Shown piece after piece: positions 23,942 through 33,177 of a stretch of 35,619 nt of DNA. The stretch spans positions 1 through 35,619 of IMG/VR virus record IMGVR_UViG_3300017988_000572. One strand, given 5' to 3'. Numbering within the stretch: the stretch's first letter is position 1; every line of letters starts with the position of its first letter. The notes under the pieces are model-generated. The model saw only the letters and a list, made by a program, of their open reading frames with translations. It was not told where the DNA came from and made no database searches. The stretch is from a virus. Lineage: Duplodnaviria > Caudoviricetes. Made by a program: the position numbers and the translations under genes.

Positions 23942-24195
23942 GGGCTGACATGACCAAGACAGTTTTGATTCGTAGGCCGATGGTCCGTGGCAACACATCG
24001 CAGATGGTGAGGGCCTCGGTGCTCTCGGAGCAGGGCGACACGATGCGTGTGGTGCTGGAGGGGCAGAGCAAGCCCGTCACCGTGAGAGCATCTGAAGTGG
24101 TGGCGACGCCTGGGGTCAACGGCAGGATCATGCACAGCAGCCTCCCCGACAGCCCAAACAGCTTGATAAGGATTTTGGAGAAGAGAGGGTTTTAA
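23938..24195 (+). CDS. Hypothetical protein
   Basis: ATGA overlap at 23938 (alternative ATG 23950). Confidence 0.65.
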   Translation: MRADMTKTVLIRRPMVRGNTSQMVRASVLSEQGDTMRVVLEGQSKPVTVRASEVVATPGVNGRIMHSSLPDSPNSLIRILEKRGF

Positions 24196-24233
24196 GACCG
24201 GCCTCGGGCCGAAACTAGCAAAGGAGAACAAAA

Positions 24234-24497
24234 ATGCCTTCACCAAGCACGACGTTGATCACGAATATGAACTCCGTGATTGCCACCGGCCCGACGGCAG
24301 CTACCACAGCGAAAGCCGATGCGGCCGCTGGAGAGATCATGGACTACCCTGGGATGCTGCAGAGCGTCCTGCTGAACCTGCAGGAAGCGAAGAACAAGCT
24401 GCAGGGGATAACCGGCAGCGGCGGCATCATCGGCGACACCGATGCTGGCGATCCGAACCTCGCTACGCTTCAGAACGTCCTTGCATCCTTGTCGTAA
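24234..24497 (+). CDS. Small hypothetical, probably virion, protein
   Basis: Strong AAGGAG RBS; Ala/Thr-rich and helical; located in the neck region. Confidence 0.75.
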   Translation: MPSPSTTLITNMNSVIATGPTAATTAKADAAAGEIMDYPGMLQSVLLNLQEAKNKLQGITGSGGIIGDTDAGDPNLATLQNVLASLS

Positions 24498-24508
24498 CGG
24501 AGACCGGG

Positions 24509-25039
24509 ATGCCGGTGACCATGAAGATTACGGGGATCGATGAGCTGGTGCAGGCTCTTGGGTCTGTGCCAGCCATAGTCACCTCCGGCGTCAAAACGAC
24601 AGACGAGCTGAACTACATCAAGGCCCTGGTTTGGGACATGGGGTACGTGACCCGTGTAATCAAGCCGGGGCCTAAAACTTTGTGGAGCGTGAACGTGCTG
24701 GGAGAGCCAAAGGTGCTGACTATCACAGCCCCGACTGGTTTTATTCGCGTTCAGAGGCAACAGTACCTCGCCGTCCTTCGTGACGAGTTTGCCAAAGCAC
24801 AATTCGCTCGGCATCCGATTGGAACCTGGGCTGAGCTGGCGACGACGATGATGACGAACGCCGCTCAGCGGTGCGCTCAGCTTGTGTCTAACGCTGCTCC
24901 GATTGATACCGGGCAACTGCGGCAGAGTATTGTGGCTGCTCCACCTGGAGACGGCGCACTTGCGGGTGAAGGAGGTTTTTACACCTCCGGCTATGGGCCG
25001 TATGGAACATTCGACGTAGGCGACTTGTTGAGCGCCTAG
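24509..25039 (+). CDS. HK97 gp10-like neck/tail-component protein
   Basis: ITGIDELVQAL N-terminus and AAPIDTGQLRQSI motif. Confidence 0.75.
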   Translation: MPVTMKITGIDELVQALGSVPAIVTSGVKTTDELNYIKALVWDMGYVTRVIKPGPKTLWSVNVLGEPKVLTITAPTGFIRVQRQQYLAVLRDEFAKAQFARHPIGTWAELATTMMTNAAQRCAQLVSNAAPIDTGQLRQSIVAAPPGDGALAGEGGFYTSGYGPYGTFDVGDLLSA

Positions 25040-25062
25040 AAATTCTTTGTGGGGTAGCGTAT

Positions 25063-25530
25063 ATGGTATTCAAGCAGGATTATCGCGGGCGCGACCTGTC
25101 CCGACAGAAGTTTTACCAAACCGACTTCAGCGGGCAGGACCTGAGTAAGTTGAGAATGAAGCAGAGCCTCTTTCACCGCTGCAATTTCGACAACGCTGAT
25201 TTGACTGAGGCTGATTGCGAGGGTTCGGAATTTCTCGGCAGCACCTTTCGCGATACGGTCATGTATCGGACCAACTGCAAGGATGCCAAGCTGGGAGGAA
25301 CAGTTTTCGAGCCGCGTGACTGCTTCGGATTGACACTTACGATGCAATGTAAGACCTTCAACAAGACGAAGGTTTCGCCAACGTGGTGGTACAGCTACAT
25401 CATGTTTGCGGCCTTGATGATTCCGGGGAACGTGCAGCAGAGCGAGGAAATGATCAACAAGCTGATTCAGGTTGTGGGGCCTGAGCGGTATGTGAAGCTG
25501 AGAACGCTGCTGGCGAAGAGGGAACTGTGA
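25063..25530 (+). CDS. Pentapeptide repeat protein
   Basis: RDLSR QKFYQ TDFSG QDLSK ... CNFDN ADLTE ADCEG SEFLG STFRD periodicity. Confidence 0.88.
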   Translation: MVFKQDYRGRDLSRQKFYQTDFSGQDLSKLRMKQSLFHRCNFDNADLTEADCEGSEFLGSTFRDTVMYRTNCKDAKLGGTVFEPRDCFGLTLTMQCKTFNKTKVSPTWWYSYIMFAALMIPGNVQQSEEMINKLIQVVGPERYVKLRTLLAKREL

Positions 25531-26093
25531 CTACTCCTGCCAATCCCGCGATGATCGACGTCATCGACACTTTCTACGCCTACATCGCCAACAACCTCGG
25601 GAAGCTGACGATTCCCACATCCGTACCTGTGACTATGCAGGGGGTGGCCAACGCCCAGGACTGGCCGCAAACCGAGATCGTTGACGGCGGCCTCTATCTC
25701 ATCTATCTCAGCTCTGTACCGGTCCAGGAAGAGGGAACGCGGGCCGAGACCTATTTCGAGCATTATGTGCAGTGGGCCTGGGTTTTTCTGGGCAACGACC
25801 TGACGCAGGCACAGGTGGGGGCCAACCGGGGGAGCCGCCATCGCGACAACCTGGCTGTTATCGAAGCGCTGCGGCAGGCCCATTTTCCTGGGTTCTGCAT
25901 CAAGCAATTTTCCGCGGCTGATCCGAATACAGGCAACGTCACATTCGGCAATTACGCTCCTGTAGAGATGATTCATTGGTCGATGCCGCGCCTGGGCACG
26001 AAGCTGGCTGCGGCCCAGTCCGGGGTGCTCTATGGCACGGCCCCGCTCGAGATTTACGGCTGGAGCACCGTGAACGCTCTTGTGAACGCGTAG
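25527..26093 (+). CDS. Probable tail terminator/completion protein
   Basis: GTGA-coupled; last neck gene before the tail tube; synteny. Confidence 0.55.
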   Translation: MTTPANPAMIDVIDTFYAYIANNLGKLTIPTSVPVTMQGVANAQDWPQTEIVDGGLYLIYLSSVPVQEEGTRAETYFEHYVQWAWVFLGNDLTQAQVGANRGSRHRDNLAVIEALRQAHFPGFCIKQFSAADPNTGNVTFGNYAPVEMIHWSMPRLGTKLAAAQSGVLYGTAPLEIYGWSTVNALVNA

Positions 26094-26096
26094 AAC

Positions 26097-26141
26097 AGCT
26101 TGCTGTTGCGGCTCTATAAGGGGGTGGGTACTCTTAGGATG
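26097..26141 (+). promoter_or_regulatory. Putative late promoter copy 4 (tail operon)
   Basis: AGCTTGCTGTTG 26097-26108; TTGCGG, 17-nt spacer, TACTCT (26129-26134); followed by a leader with AAGGAG. Confidence 0.75.
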
Positions 26142-26189
26142 GGTTTGAGCAACGTGTAACCGCAGACCTCGCGCAAAGGAGATTTGATT

Positions 26190-27317
26190 ATGCCTCTACC
26201 TCGTTCCCTTACACAAGTGCTCCGCCAAGGGCAACTTACCGTTGGCGCTGGCTGGCGCGCATATTTCGCTCCTTTCAACCAAGCGCTGGCGGTGAGCACG
26301 AGTTCGACGGTAAGTGGACCGTCGATTTACGACCTGATCGCGTTCCAGAAGATGCTGGATGCGAACTTCCAACCTGTAGCCGGGCAGCCCTGGTTTGATC
26401 TTGGTTACTCCGACAACTTCAAGTTCACTGCCGGCTCGAAGGTCGGCAATGTGGTTACCGGATACCGTGGCGCCATCCGTGCGAAGTATCGCGCTGAGGT
26501 GGGAGAGAAAGTGTCATTCGACTTCCAAGAGGTGTCGAGACTGACCCTGGGAATCTCTACCGGTATGCAGGTGTTCAACCTGTTAGCGACGACCGTCACC
26601 GCCGGCAGCACCACCGGTCCGTTGTCCACCAGCGGCACGCCCGCGATCGCCATTGGAGCTAGCGGTTACTCAGCGACTGGATTTGCTGGCGTGACCTCAG
26701 GCTATCCGGCGCTGTGCGTACCTTCCGGCAGCGGCGCTTTGTTCCCCGCTGGATCGATGATCGTTTGCGATCAGGACTACAACGGCACCTCCTTCGGGTT
26801 TGTGGGAGCGGCTGGTGCCAACGTCTTCTCCGGTGCTGTGGCCAGCGTCGATTTCATCCGCATGACCTCCGACTTCGTGGCCGGTGTTTCCGGTGTGTTT
26901 ACCGGCGCCAACCAGGTGGGGGGCCAGGATGTGCTGGTGCTGACTGCCCCGTTTGTGGGCGGCGGCAACTACGCCCTGGGATCGGGAGTGCCGTACCAGA
27001 CACCACCCGCCGGATCGAAGGTGCAGGCCATTACCGGATACGCCGCGAGAGAGGGCGGCTCATTCATCCGTGAGTGGTCGGCCGTGTTTGTACTCGACAC
27101 CGTGGACGGGTCGCAGTTCCTGAAGTATTACCCGCGTGTGGCCCCGGACAGCTCGCCTGGGATGGTGAGCAAGAACTTGACCGGCGCGACGAGCATTCAG
27201 CAAACGGGACTCAGCTGCGCGCTGGATGCGATGGCGTTCGACGATCCGCTGGATGGTGAGACGGTGGTTTGCTATACCGCCTACTTCCCGCACACCGGAA
27301 CCACACCGCAGATTTAA
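26190..27317 (+). CDS. Major tail (tube) protein
   Basis: AAGGAG 8 nt before ATG 26190; WFDLGYSDNFKFT motif; own promoter and terminator; precedes chaperone and tape measure. Confidence 0.75.
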   Translation: MPLPRSLTQVLRQGQLTVGAGWRAYFAPFNQALAVSTSSTVSGPSIYDLIAFQKMLDANFQPVAGQPWFDLGYSDNFKFTAGSKVGNVVTGYRGAIRAKYRAEVGEKVSFDFQEVSRLTLGISTGMQVFNLLATTVTAGSTTGPLSTSGTPAIAIGASGYSATGFAGVTSGYPALCVPSGSGALFPAGSMIVCDQDYNGTSFGFVGAAGANVFSGAVASVDFIRMTSDFVAGVSGVFTGANQVGGQDVLVLTAPFVGGGNYALGSGVPYQTPPAGSKVQAITGYAAREGGSFIREWSAVFVLDTVDGSQFLKYYPRVAPDSSPGMVSKNLTGATSIQQTGLSCALDAMAFDDPLDGETVVCYTAYFPHTGTTPQI

Positions 27318-27359
27318 GTGTTTGTCGCCAACGTAAAAATGGAAAACGGCTGCTTTACT

Positions 27360-27395
27360 TGGGAGTCCGGAGAGAAAACCGGGCTCCCATCTTTG
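27360..27395 (+). terminator. Probable intrinsic terminator after the tail tube gene
   Basis: TGGGAGTCCGG-AGAGAAAA-CCGGGCTCCCA then TCTTT. Confidence 0.7.
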
Positions 27396-27431
27396 ATGTG
27401 GAAATAACTATATCGACTTGAGGAGATATGT

Positions 27432-28151
27432 ATGGAAGACCCAGAGAAGGAATTTGTGCCCACCCCTGAGCAGGTACGGGCCGCGATCGAGATTGAAGAG
27501 CGCGACGATACGCTGGACGTTCTTGCTTCCGATGAAGAAAAACAAGTTGCTGCAAAGTTTCTCCCCGCTCTGGTTGCGCGCATCACCGCCAAGGTAGAGG
27601 CACGGTCTGCGCAGCGATTGGCTGAGAAGACGCAGGAACTGATCGCCCAAAACACCCGCATGATGGATGAGGAAGTCAAGAAGTTCCGTGACGCCCTCAA
27701 ACCCCCCGATCCCAAGGAACTGGAGCAGCTGCTTTCGCAGGAGTATGGGGAGATCATTCTGCAGCTGCCGCTGCGTGGCGGCTCTAAGACCTACACGCTG
27801 CGCGAACTCTCTCAGGCCAACGAAAAGAAGCTGATGGACATCATTGTGAGAAACCTGGTGCCACAGCTCAAGGACCTGGCTGCTGTGGAGTGGGCTAGCG
27901 TGACCAGCAATGCCGAGAAGCTGCAGAAGGTACTGGATATTCTGCCCGCCGGGCTGGACATGCTGGCCGAGTGCTGCGCTATCTGCCTCGACCCTTATAA
28001 CGAAGAAGGGCTGACGAAGGACTGGGTGCAGAAGAACCTGGGATCGAACCGCATCCTGGGCATTGTACGGGCGCAGCTTGAGGTATCGAAGATTCGGGAT
28101 TTCGGCTCAGCTGTCTACCAGCTATTCCCGCAGGTGACTCGGAGGGGGTAG
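27432..28151 (+). CDS. Tail assembly chaperone (lambda G-like position)
   Basis: GAGGAG RBS; acidic and helical; between tube and tape measure. Confidence 0.72.
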   Translation: MEDPEKEFVPTPEQVRAAIEIEERDDTLDVLASDEEKQVAAKFLPALVARITAKVEARSAQRLAEKTQELIAQNTRMMDEEVKKFRDALKPPDPKELEQLLSQEYGEIILQLPLRGGSKTYTLRELSQANEKKLMDIIVRNLVPQLKDLAAVEWASVTSNAEKLQKVLDILPAGLDMLAECCAICLDPYNEEGLTKDWVQKNLGSNRILGIVRAQLEVSKIRDFGSAVYQLFPQVTRRG

Positions 28152-28534
28152 GCAGAAGCGCACTCCCGACCCTGGCCGCGGCAGCGTCGTGGATGGAGGC
28201 GCTGAGTATTCCGAACCGTGAGATTCGTCGGCGCTTTACTAAGTCCGACTTGGCGATCATAGCTTGGAGAGGAGCTGAAGTGGCAGCCAACATGCGCGAG
28301 CGTACGCTACCTATGGCCAATCTGCCGCCCAAGCTGGACGGAAGCGGTAAATATGATGTGATGGAGAACGTCGATCATGATGAGATGCTGAAGGGGATCG
28401 AGGATCGGCTGGGCGGGATCGTATACAAGATGGTGGATGAGCGAGGACAGGTTGACCTACGCAAGCTGACCGGTGATGAGGCCCTCCAGTACATGCAGGC
28501 GCTGGGTATGCCGGTGATGACAATGGGGCGTTGA
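28082..28534 (+). CDS. Tail chaperone extension (lambda T-like), probably expressed by -1 frameshift
   Basis: The -1 frame is open from 28082 and overlaps the end of the upstream gene; ATG 28193 lacks an RBS. Confidence 0.65.
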   Translation, partial: GIEDSGFRLSCLPAIPAGDSEGVGRSALPTLAAAASWMEALSIPNREIRRRFTKSDLAIIAWRGAEVAANMRERTLPMANLPPKLDGSGKYDVMENVDHDEMLKGIEDRLGGIVYKMVDERGQVDLRKLTGDEALQYMQALGMPVMTMGR

Positions 28535-28535
28535 C

Positions 28536-31500
28536 ATGGGTAGCACCGCCACGGGACCGAACCTGCTTGTGAGCATGGGGCTTGACCTCACTGCGGTCAA
28601 GCAGGCCTCCGACGTCATCGGAAACATTCTCAAGGGGCTCAACGATCTGGCTGATAAGCTTTCTGCGGCGGCTGCACAGGGCGCTCGAGTGCAGGGAGCT
28701 GGGCTAGAGCAGATTCAAGGCAGCATGGCTGGCATCGCGGACCTGGCCCAACAGGCCGTTGCCAGCCAGAAGCAGCTTGAGGCAACTACGGCAGCGACCG
28801 CCGAGCAAGCACGAATTCAGGTTCGCACCCAGGTAGAGATAACCGAAGAGACCAAGGCCTCTGTGAACGCCTCCATTGCTCAGAAGGCGGCGGCTGAGGC
28901 CTACACGGCCGAGCTAAATAAGCAGAACGCGCTGCTGCGCCAACAGACTTTGATGCAACGGCAGACTGCTGTCGCACAGAGTGGCACTGCTGGGATGGGA
29001 GCGGTTGCCGGGCTTGGGGGCAACGTTGCCAAGGGGCTGCTGGGCACAGGCCTAGCTGGAAGCGTGGCTGGCGGACTGTTGGCTGGTGCGGGAATCGTCG
29101 CGGTGATCGAGATGGCCGGGTCAGCGCTGCAGGGATTCCTGACGCATCTACGCGAAGTGACTGTCGAGGCCGGCAAGCTGGAAGTGCTGCGGGACGTATT
29201 TACACAACTAGCGGCTGGCCGTGGCATGAGCATCGACCAGTCCACAGCCTTTCTGGACCAGCTTACCGATGCGACTCGTCATCTTGTGAACAACATAACA
29301 CTGCTGCGCGACGCCAATATCATGCTGCGCAGCCCTGTGCAGTTGACCCGGGACCAGATGGTGCAGCTCACAGCGGATGTGACGAAGCTTTCGCTCGCCG
29401 CTGGAGAGACTGCTGAGCAAGGGATGGAGAGGCTGGCGCGCGGCCTGGAGCGAGGCAATCTCGGCGTTGTGGGGATGACGCTACAGATTCCAGGCCTTAT
29501 GCAGGCTGTGCGTTCGATTCCGCCTGGAATGAGTGCTGTGGAGCGTGAGACGCGGCTAGTCAATATACAGATGGAAATGCTGCACCAGCAGGCCCAGAAG
29601 ATTAAAGACATTCCCGAGACACTCGACCAAGTGATGACGCGATTCGCTTCGGCTCGGTCGGACGTTGAACTGGCCTTTGGTGGGGGTTTTCAAACCTCTT
29701 CGGGTACGCAAGCCTTCTTGAAGGACATCGACGAACTGTCTAAAAGGATCGACGGGTTTCAGGACCTAGCAAGGGAGGCTGGAGCAGCGTTAGGCAATAT
29801 GTTTGCCGCCGTGGTCCCCGCCGCGCAGGCTTTTGCGCGCGCCGCGGAAGATGTGTGGAACGCGCTTGTCAAGGTCCACGACATTTTCGCCGCCACATTT
29901 GGGGCTGAGCAGGGAAGCGCTGGAGCTATCAAGACCTTCCTAGCCATGATGGTGGACAACTGGATTCTGATCGCTACAGCGATCTCGGTCGCCGCGCGCG
30001 CTCTGCAGGGATTTCTGGGTACGCTTGCGGCTGGCGTGCCGCTGCTGAAGGCGCAGGTGGACGCTATACGCGCCTTTATCGATTATCACGAGCTCAACTT
30101 CAGCGCTGCGCTGCAAGACGCTAAGAACTACGCCAACGACATTGGCGACTCGGCGACTGGAGTGAAGAAAGCGTGGGAGACGGCCTTCAAGGGAATGGGG
30201 GATTCGGTCGTAGACGAGTTTCAGCGGGCACACGACGCCATTGCGCGTATGTTCACGGACCCCACTTTCCTGCAGCAATTTATCAGCCAACTCAAAACCA
30301 ATATGCCTCACGCCTACGCCTCGGCAGCCGAAGCTGCTGCGGCTGGGCTTTTCGGGCCTGGGGCTTTGCAGCCGCCGGATAAGCAGCCGCCCGACCTGAG
30401 CCAGCAACTTCGTGAAGCCCAGGCTCGAATGCAGGACCAGATCGCACAGGCCAAGGAGAGGCTCGACCAAAAGAAGGAAGAGATTTCCCAGCTCAAGGCC
30501 CTCGACGACGACTACTATAAATATGCTGACGAGTCGCTGCAGCAGCACTACGCCACGCAGCAGAGACTTATCGATGAGGAGTACAAAGCCGAGCAGGAGA
30601 ACGCGAGGGATAACTACGCGACTCAGAAAGCGATGTACGAAAAGCAGTTTGGGGCTGACGCCCAGGTGCTGGCCGACAAGATCAAGACCCTCGACGCTAA
30701 GCTGGCTGATGAGCTGAACGCAGCCTTCAGCAAGCACCAGATGGGCGGAATTCAGCTGCTCGCCAGCCAGATGAAGGATGAGCAGGAGGCCACGCAGAAG
30801 GCCATCGAGGGCCAGCTGAAGCAGACCTCCGATGCTGTGGCCGACGCTGAGAAGAAATTGCAGACCCAGCTGCAGCAGGGAGAGACGAGCCCCGACGCCT
30901 ATTTTGCCAAGCAAATAGAGTTGACCGAGCAATTGGCCCAGGCCCGCATCGATGCCGCCAACCGTGAATACCAGAACAGCGCGCAGAATGACGCTGCGAG
31001 ACAGACCCGGATCAACGCCATCAACGCTGCTATCGATCAAGCGACGGCGAAAATTGATGAGCTGCAATCGGCTGAGGCACAGGTTCGGATGCAGTACGTG
31101 GAGAGGCAGTTCCAGCCGCAGCAGCAGGCGATCCAGGCTCAGATCGGCGGGATGCAACCTGGTGAGAATCCGGCTGGACTGCAGCAACAGATGCTCACGC
31201 TTTTGCAGGCTGAGCGTGAGGAGCTGGAGAAGCAGGCGCAGGCGCTGGTGCCACAGACCGACGGCTGGTATCAGATTTTGGACAAGATCGAGCAGGTCTA
31301 CCAGACGCAGCAAAAGTACAACGATGAGCTGCGCAAATCGACTGACCTATCGCAGAACCTTGCTGGTCTGCTCGGTGGTATGTCCAAACTGGTCGGAGAC
31401 ATCTGGACTTCACGCTTTGTAAAGGGACTGACCGCGGGAATGTCGGGGGCTGTCGAGGCCCTGAAAGGGGGCACCCAGGCTGCCGCGACCGTCCGCAACG

Positions 31501-33164
31501 CGATACGTCCTGGATCAGTAGACGTGCCGAAAGACCCGCAGATGCTAGCGATGGAGAGCGCAGCGCGATCCTTCTCCACCAGCACCGATGCGGCTAAGAC
31601 CGGCACCGACGATCTGACCGCCGAGTTCGGGAAGGCCCGCGACGCCCTTGAGCAGCAGAGGGCCAGTACCGGAAATATGCAGAGCGCCACCGACACGGTG
31701 ACGATCGCGCTGCACGACCTTCAAGCCGAGATTCAAGACCTTATCGCATGGCTCAACGCCCAGATGAAGGGCGGACCTTCCACGCCAGCTGGCTCCGCTG
31801 CGGCTACTCTTCAGCAGGCACAGGGGCCGTCTTCCGGCCTGGATGTGACCGAGCCGACGGACAATGAGCAGATTCCGTCGGAGCCGATGCAGAATTTGGG
31901 GAATCTGCCAACCCAGAGCGCGATGCCGTCGATGAGCGGATTTATCGATGGGCTTACGGCCGCTATTGGAGAACTGGCGAGCTTTGCTGATGCCGTTTCA
32001 CACTCGACCTCGGCGCTCGGCGGCGCTATCAGCGGCGCCACGGCCGGTGCGGGCGTGGGACAGATGCTACAAGGCCTGGGATTGCCTTTTGGGCAAGCGA
32101 TTGGAGCTGTTGCTGGTGCGTTGGTTGGAGCCATCGCCGGACAGAAGAACGCTGAAATGTCGAGCGAACTGAGCTCGTTGAATACGGCCTACACCTCGAT
32201 CATGGACGCCTTTCACTCGAACACCGACAACCTGCAGGCGACCATCTCGCAATTGGAAGAGTTGATGGAACAGGCGCAGATCGATGAAGCGAACTCCAAG
32301 AAGGGGAGCCAGCAATTCGCCTCGCTCGTTTCGCAGTATAGCCAGCAGCTGATTCAGCTACAGGATCAGCAATCATCGGTCATCTCCTCGCTCGAGGTGC
32401 AGCTGGGAATTTTCCAAACGCCGACCGGGATGCAGCAGTTCTTGACGAACCTGCAGCAGATCATCGACCAGTACGACAAGTTTGCTGGAGCAGCTGAGAA
32501 CGCCAGCCAGCTGGCGCAGGCCAACTCTTGGTTGACCGACAGCCTGTCGAGCTACACGACGCAGATGGAGAACACCTTTGTGCAGGATGAAGAGCAGGGC
32601 ATTGAGGACGCCTTGAATCTCAACAGCCTGCTTTCCGAGCGATCGACCTTGATTAGCAACCTCAACACCTCGATCATGGGTGTGCTGGAGCAGGGAGTTC
32701 TGACGCGGCAGCAGACTCAGGCTCAGACCAAGGGGCAGCAGATCGAGCAGCTGGAGAGCCAGGCCAGCCTGCAGTTGACCAGCATCAACAACGAAATCTC
32801 ACTGGAGCAATATAAAGTGGGGATCGAGACCTCGCTCTACAACCTGGGCATGACCTCGATGGCCCTGCAAGCGCAGCTGCTAGCGTTGCAGGAAGGGCAG
32901 GCGTCGCAATCACTGGCTGCGATTGCGGCTCTGGCTGAGCTGATTCAGTTGCTGCAGGGAGGCTCCTACAACTTCACAACCATCTCGGGCATTTTGGCTG
33001 GACTTGGGTACGCTGGGGCTGCTGGGAACATTCCGCCTTCTGGAATTCTGCCTGGAGGCTCCGCTCCTGCAGCATCGACGAATGCTATGGACGCGCTGAT
33101 GGCGGCGGCTTACCAATCGCGGGCGACTCTTGGGTATGGTGTATATCGCGGGCAGACGTTGTAA
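28536..33164 (+). CDS. Tail tape measure protein (1542 aa)
   Basis: Long Ala/Gln-rich helical protein with Gly/Ala hydrophobic stretches, following the chaperones. Confidence 0.92.
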   Translation: MGSTATGPNLLVSMGLDLTAVKQASDVIGNILKGLNDLADKLSAAAAQGARVQGAGLEQIQGSMAGIADLAQQAVASQKQLEATTAATAEQARIQVRTQVEITEETKASVNASIAQKAAAEAYTAELNKQNALLRQQTLMQRQTAVAQSGTAGMGAVAGLGGNVAKGLLGTGLAGSVAGGLLAGAGIVAVIEMAGSALQGFLTHLREVTVEAGKLEVLRDVFTQLAAGRGMSIDQSTAFLDQLTDATRHLVNNITLLRDANIMLRSPVQLTRDQMVQLTADVTKLSLAAGETAEQGMERLARGLERGNLGVVGMTLQIPGLMQAVRSIPPGMSAVERETRLVNIQMEMLHQQAQKIKDIPETLDQVMTRFASARSDVELAFGGGFQTSSGTQAFLKDIDELSKRIDGFQDLAREAGAALGNMFAAVVPAAQAFARAAEDVWNALVKVHDIFAATFGAEQGSAGAIKTFLAMMVDNWILIATAISVAARALQGFLGTLAAGVPLLKAQVDAIRAFIDYHELNFSAALQDAKNYANDIGDSATGVKKAWETAFKGMGDSVVDEFQRAHDAIARMFTDPTFLQQFISQLKTNMPHAYASAAEAAAAGLFGPGALQPPDKQPPDLSQQLREAQARMQDQIAQAKERLDQKKEEISQLKALDDDYYKYADESLQQHYATQQRLIDEEYKAEQENARDNYATQKAMYEKQFGADAQVLADKIKTLDAKLADELNAAFSKHQMGGIQLLASQMKDEQEATQKAIEGQLKQTSDAVADAEKKLQTQLQQGETSPDAYFAKQIELTEQLAQARIDAANREYQNSAQNDAARQTRINAINAAIDQATAKIDELQSAEAQVRMQYVERQFQPQQQAIQAQIGGMQPGENPAGLQQQMLTLLQAEREELEKQAQALVPQTDGWYQILDKIEQVYQTQQKYNDELRKSTDLSQNLAGLLGGMSKLVGDIWTSRFVKGLTAGMSGAVEALKGGTQAAATVRNAIRPGSVDVPKDPQMLAMESAARSFSTSTDAAKTGTDDLTAEFGKARDALEQQRASTGNMQSATDTVTIALHDLQAEIQDLIAWLNAQMKGGPSTPAGSAAATLQQAQGPSSGLDVTEPTDNEQIPSEPMQNLGNLPTQSAMPSMSGFIDGLTAAIGELASFADAVSHSTSALGGAISGATAGAGVGQMLQGLGLPFGQAIGAVAGALVGAIAGQKNAEMSSELSSLNTAYTSIMDAFHSNTDNLQATISQLEELMEQAQIDEANSKKGSQQFASLVSQYSQQLIQLQDQQSSVISSLEVQLGIFQTPTGMQQFLTNLQQIIDQYDKFAGAAENASQLAQANSWLTDSLSSYTTQMENTFVQDEEQGIEDALNLNSLLSERSTLISNLNTSIMGVLEQGVLTRQQTQAQTKGQQIEQLESQASLQLTSINNEISLEQYKVGIETSLYNLGMTSMALQAQLLALQEGQASQSLAAIAALAELIQLLQGGSYNFTTISGILAGLGYAGAAGNIPPSGILPGGSAPAASTNAMDALMAAAYQSRATLGYGVYRGQTL

Positions 33165-33177
33165 GGAGTATTGATTC

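Noticed and set aside
25052-25061. GGGTAGCGTA shared with 1561-1570 as a further promoter class
   Set aside because: Only two copies of a 10-mer, without the AGCTTGCTGTTG element at the right spacing; compatible with chance.
26139-26159. Mini-ORF MGLSNV in the tail leader
   Set aside because: Its ATG begins upstream of the predicted TSS (~26141) and has no well-spaced SD.
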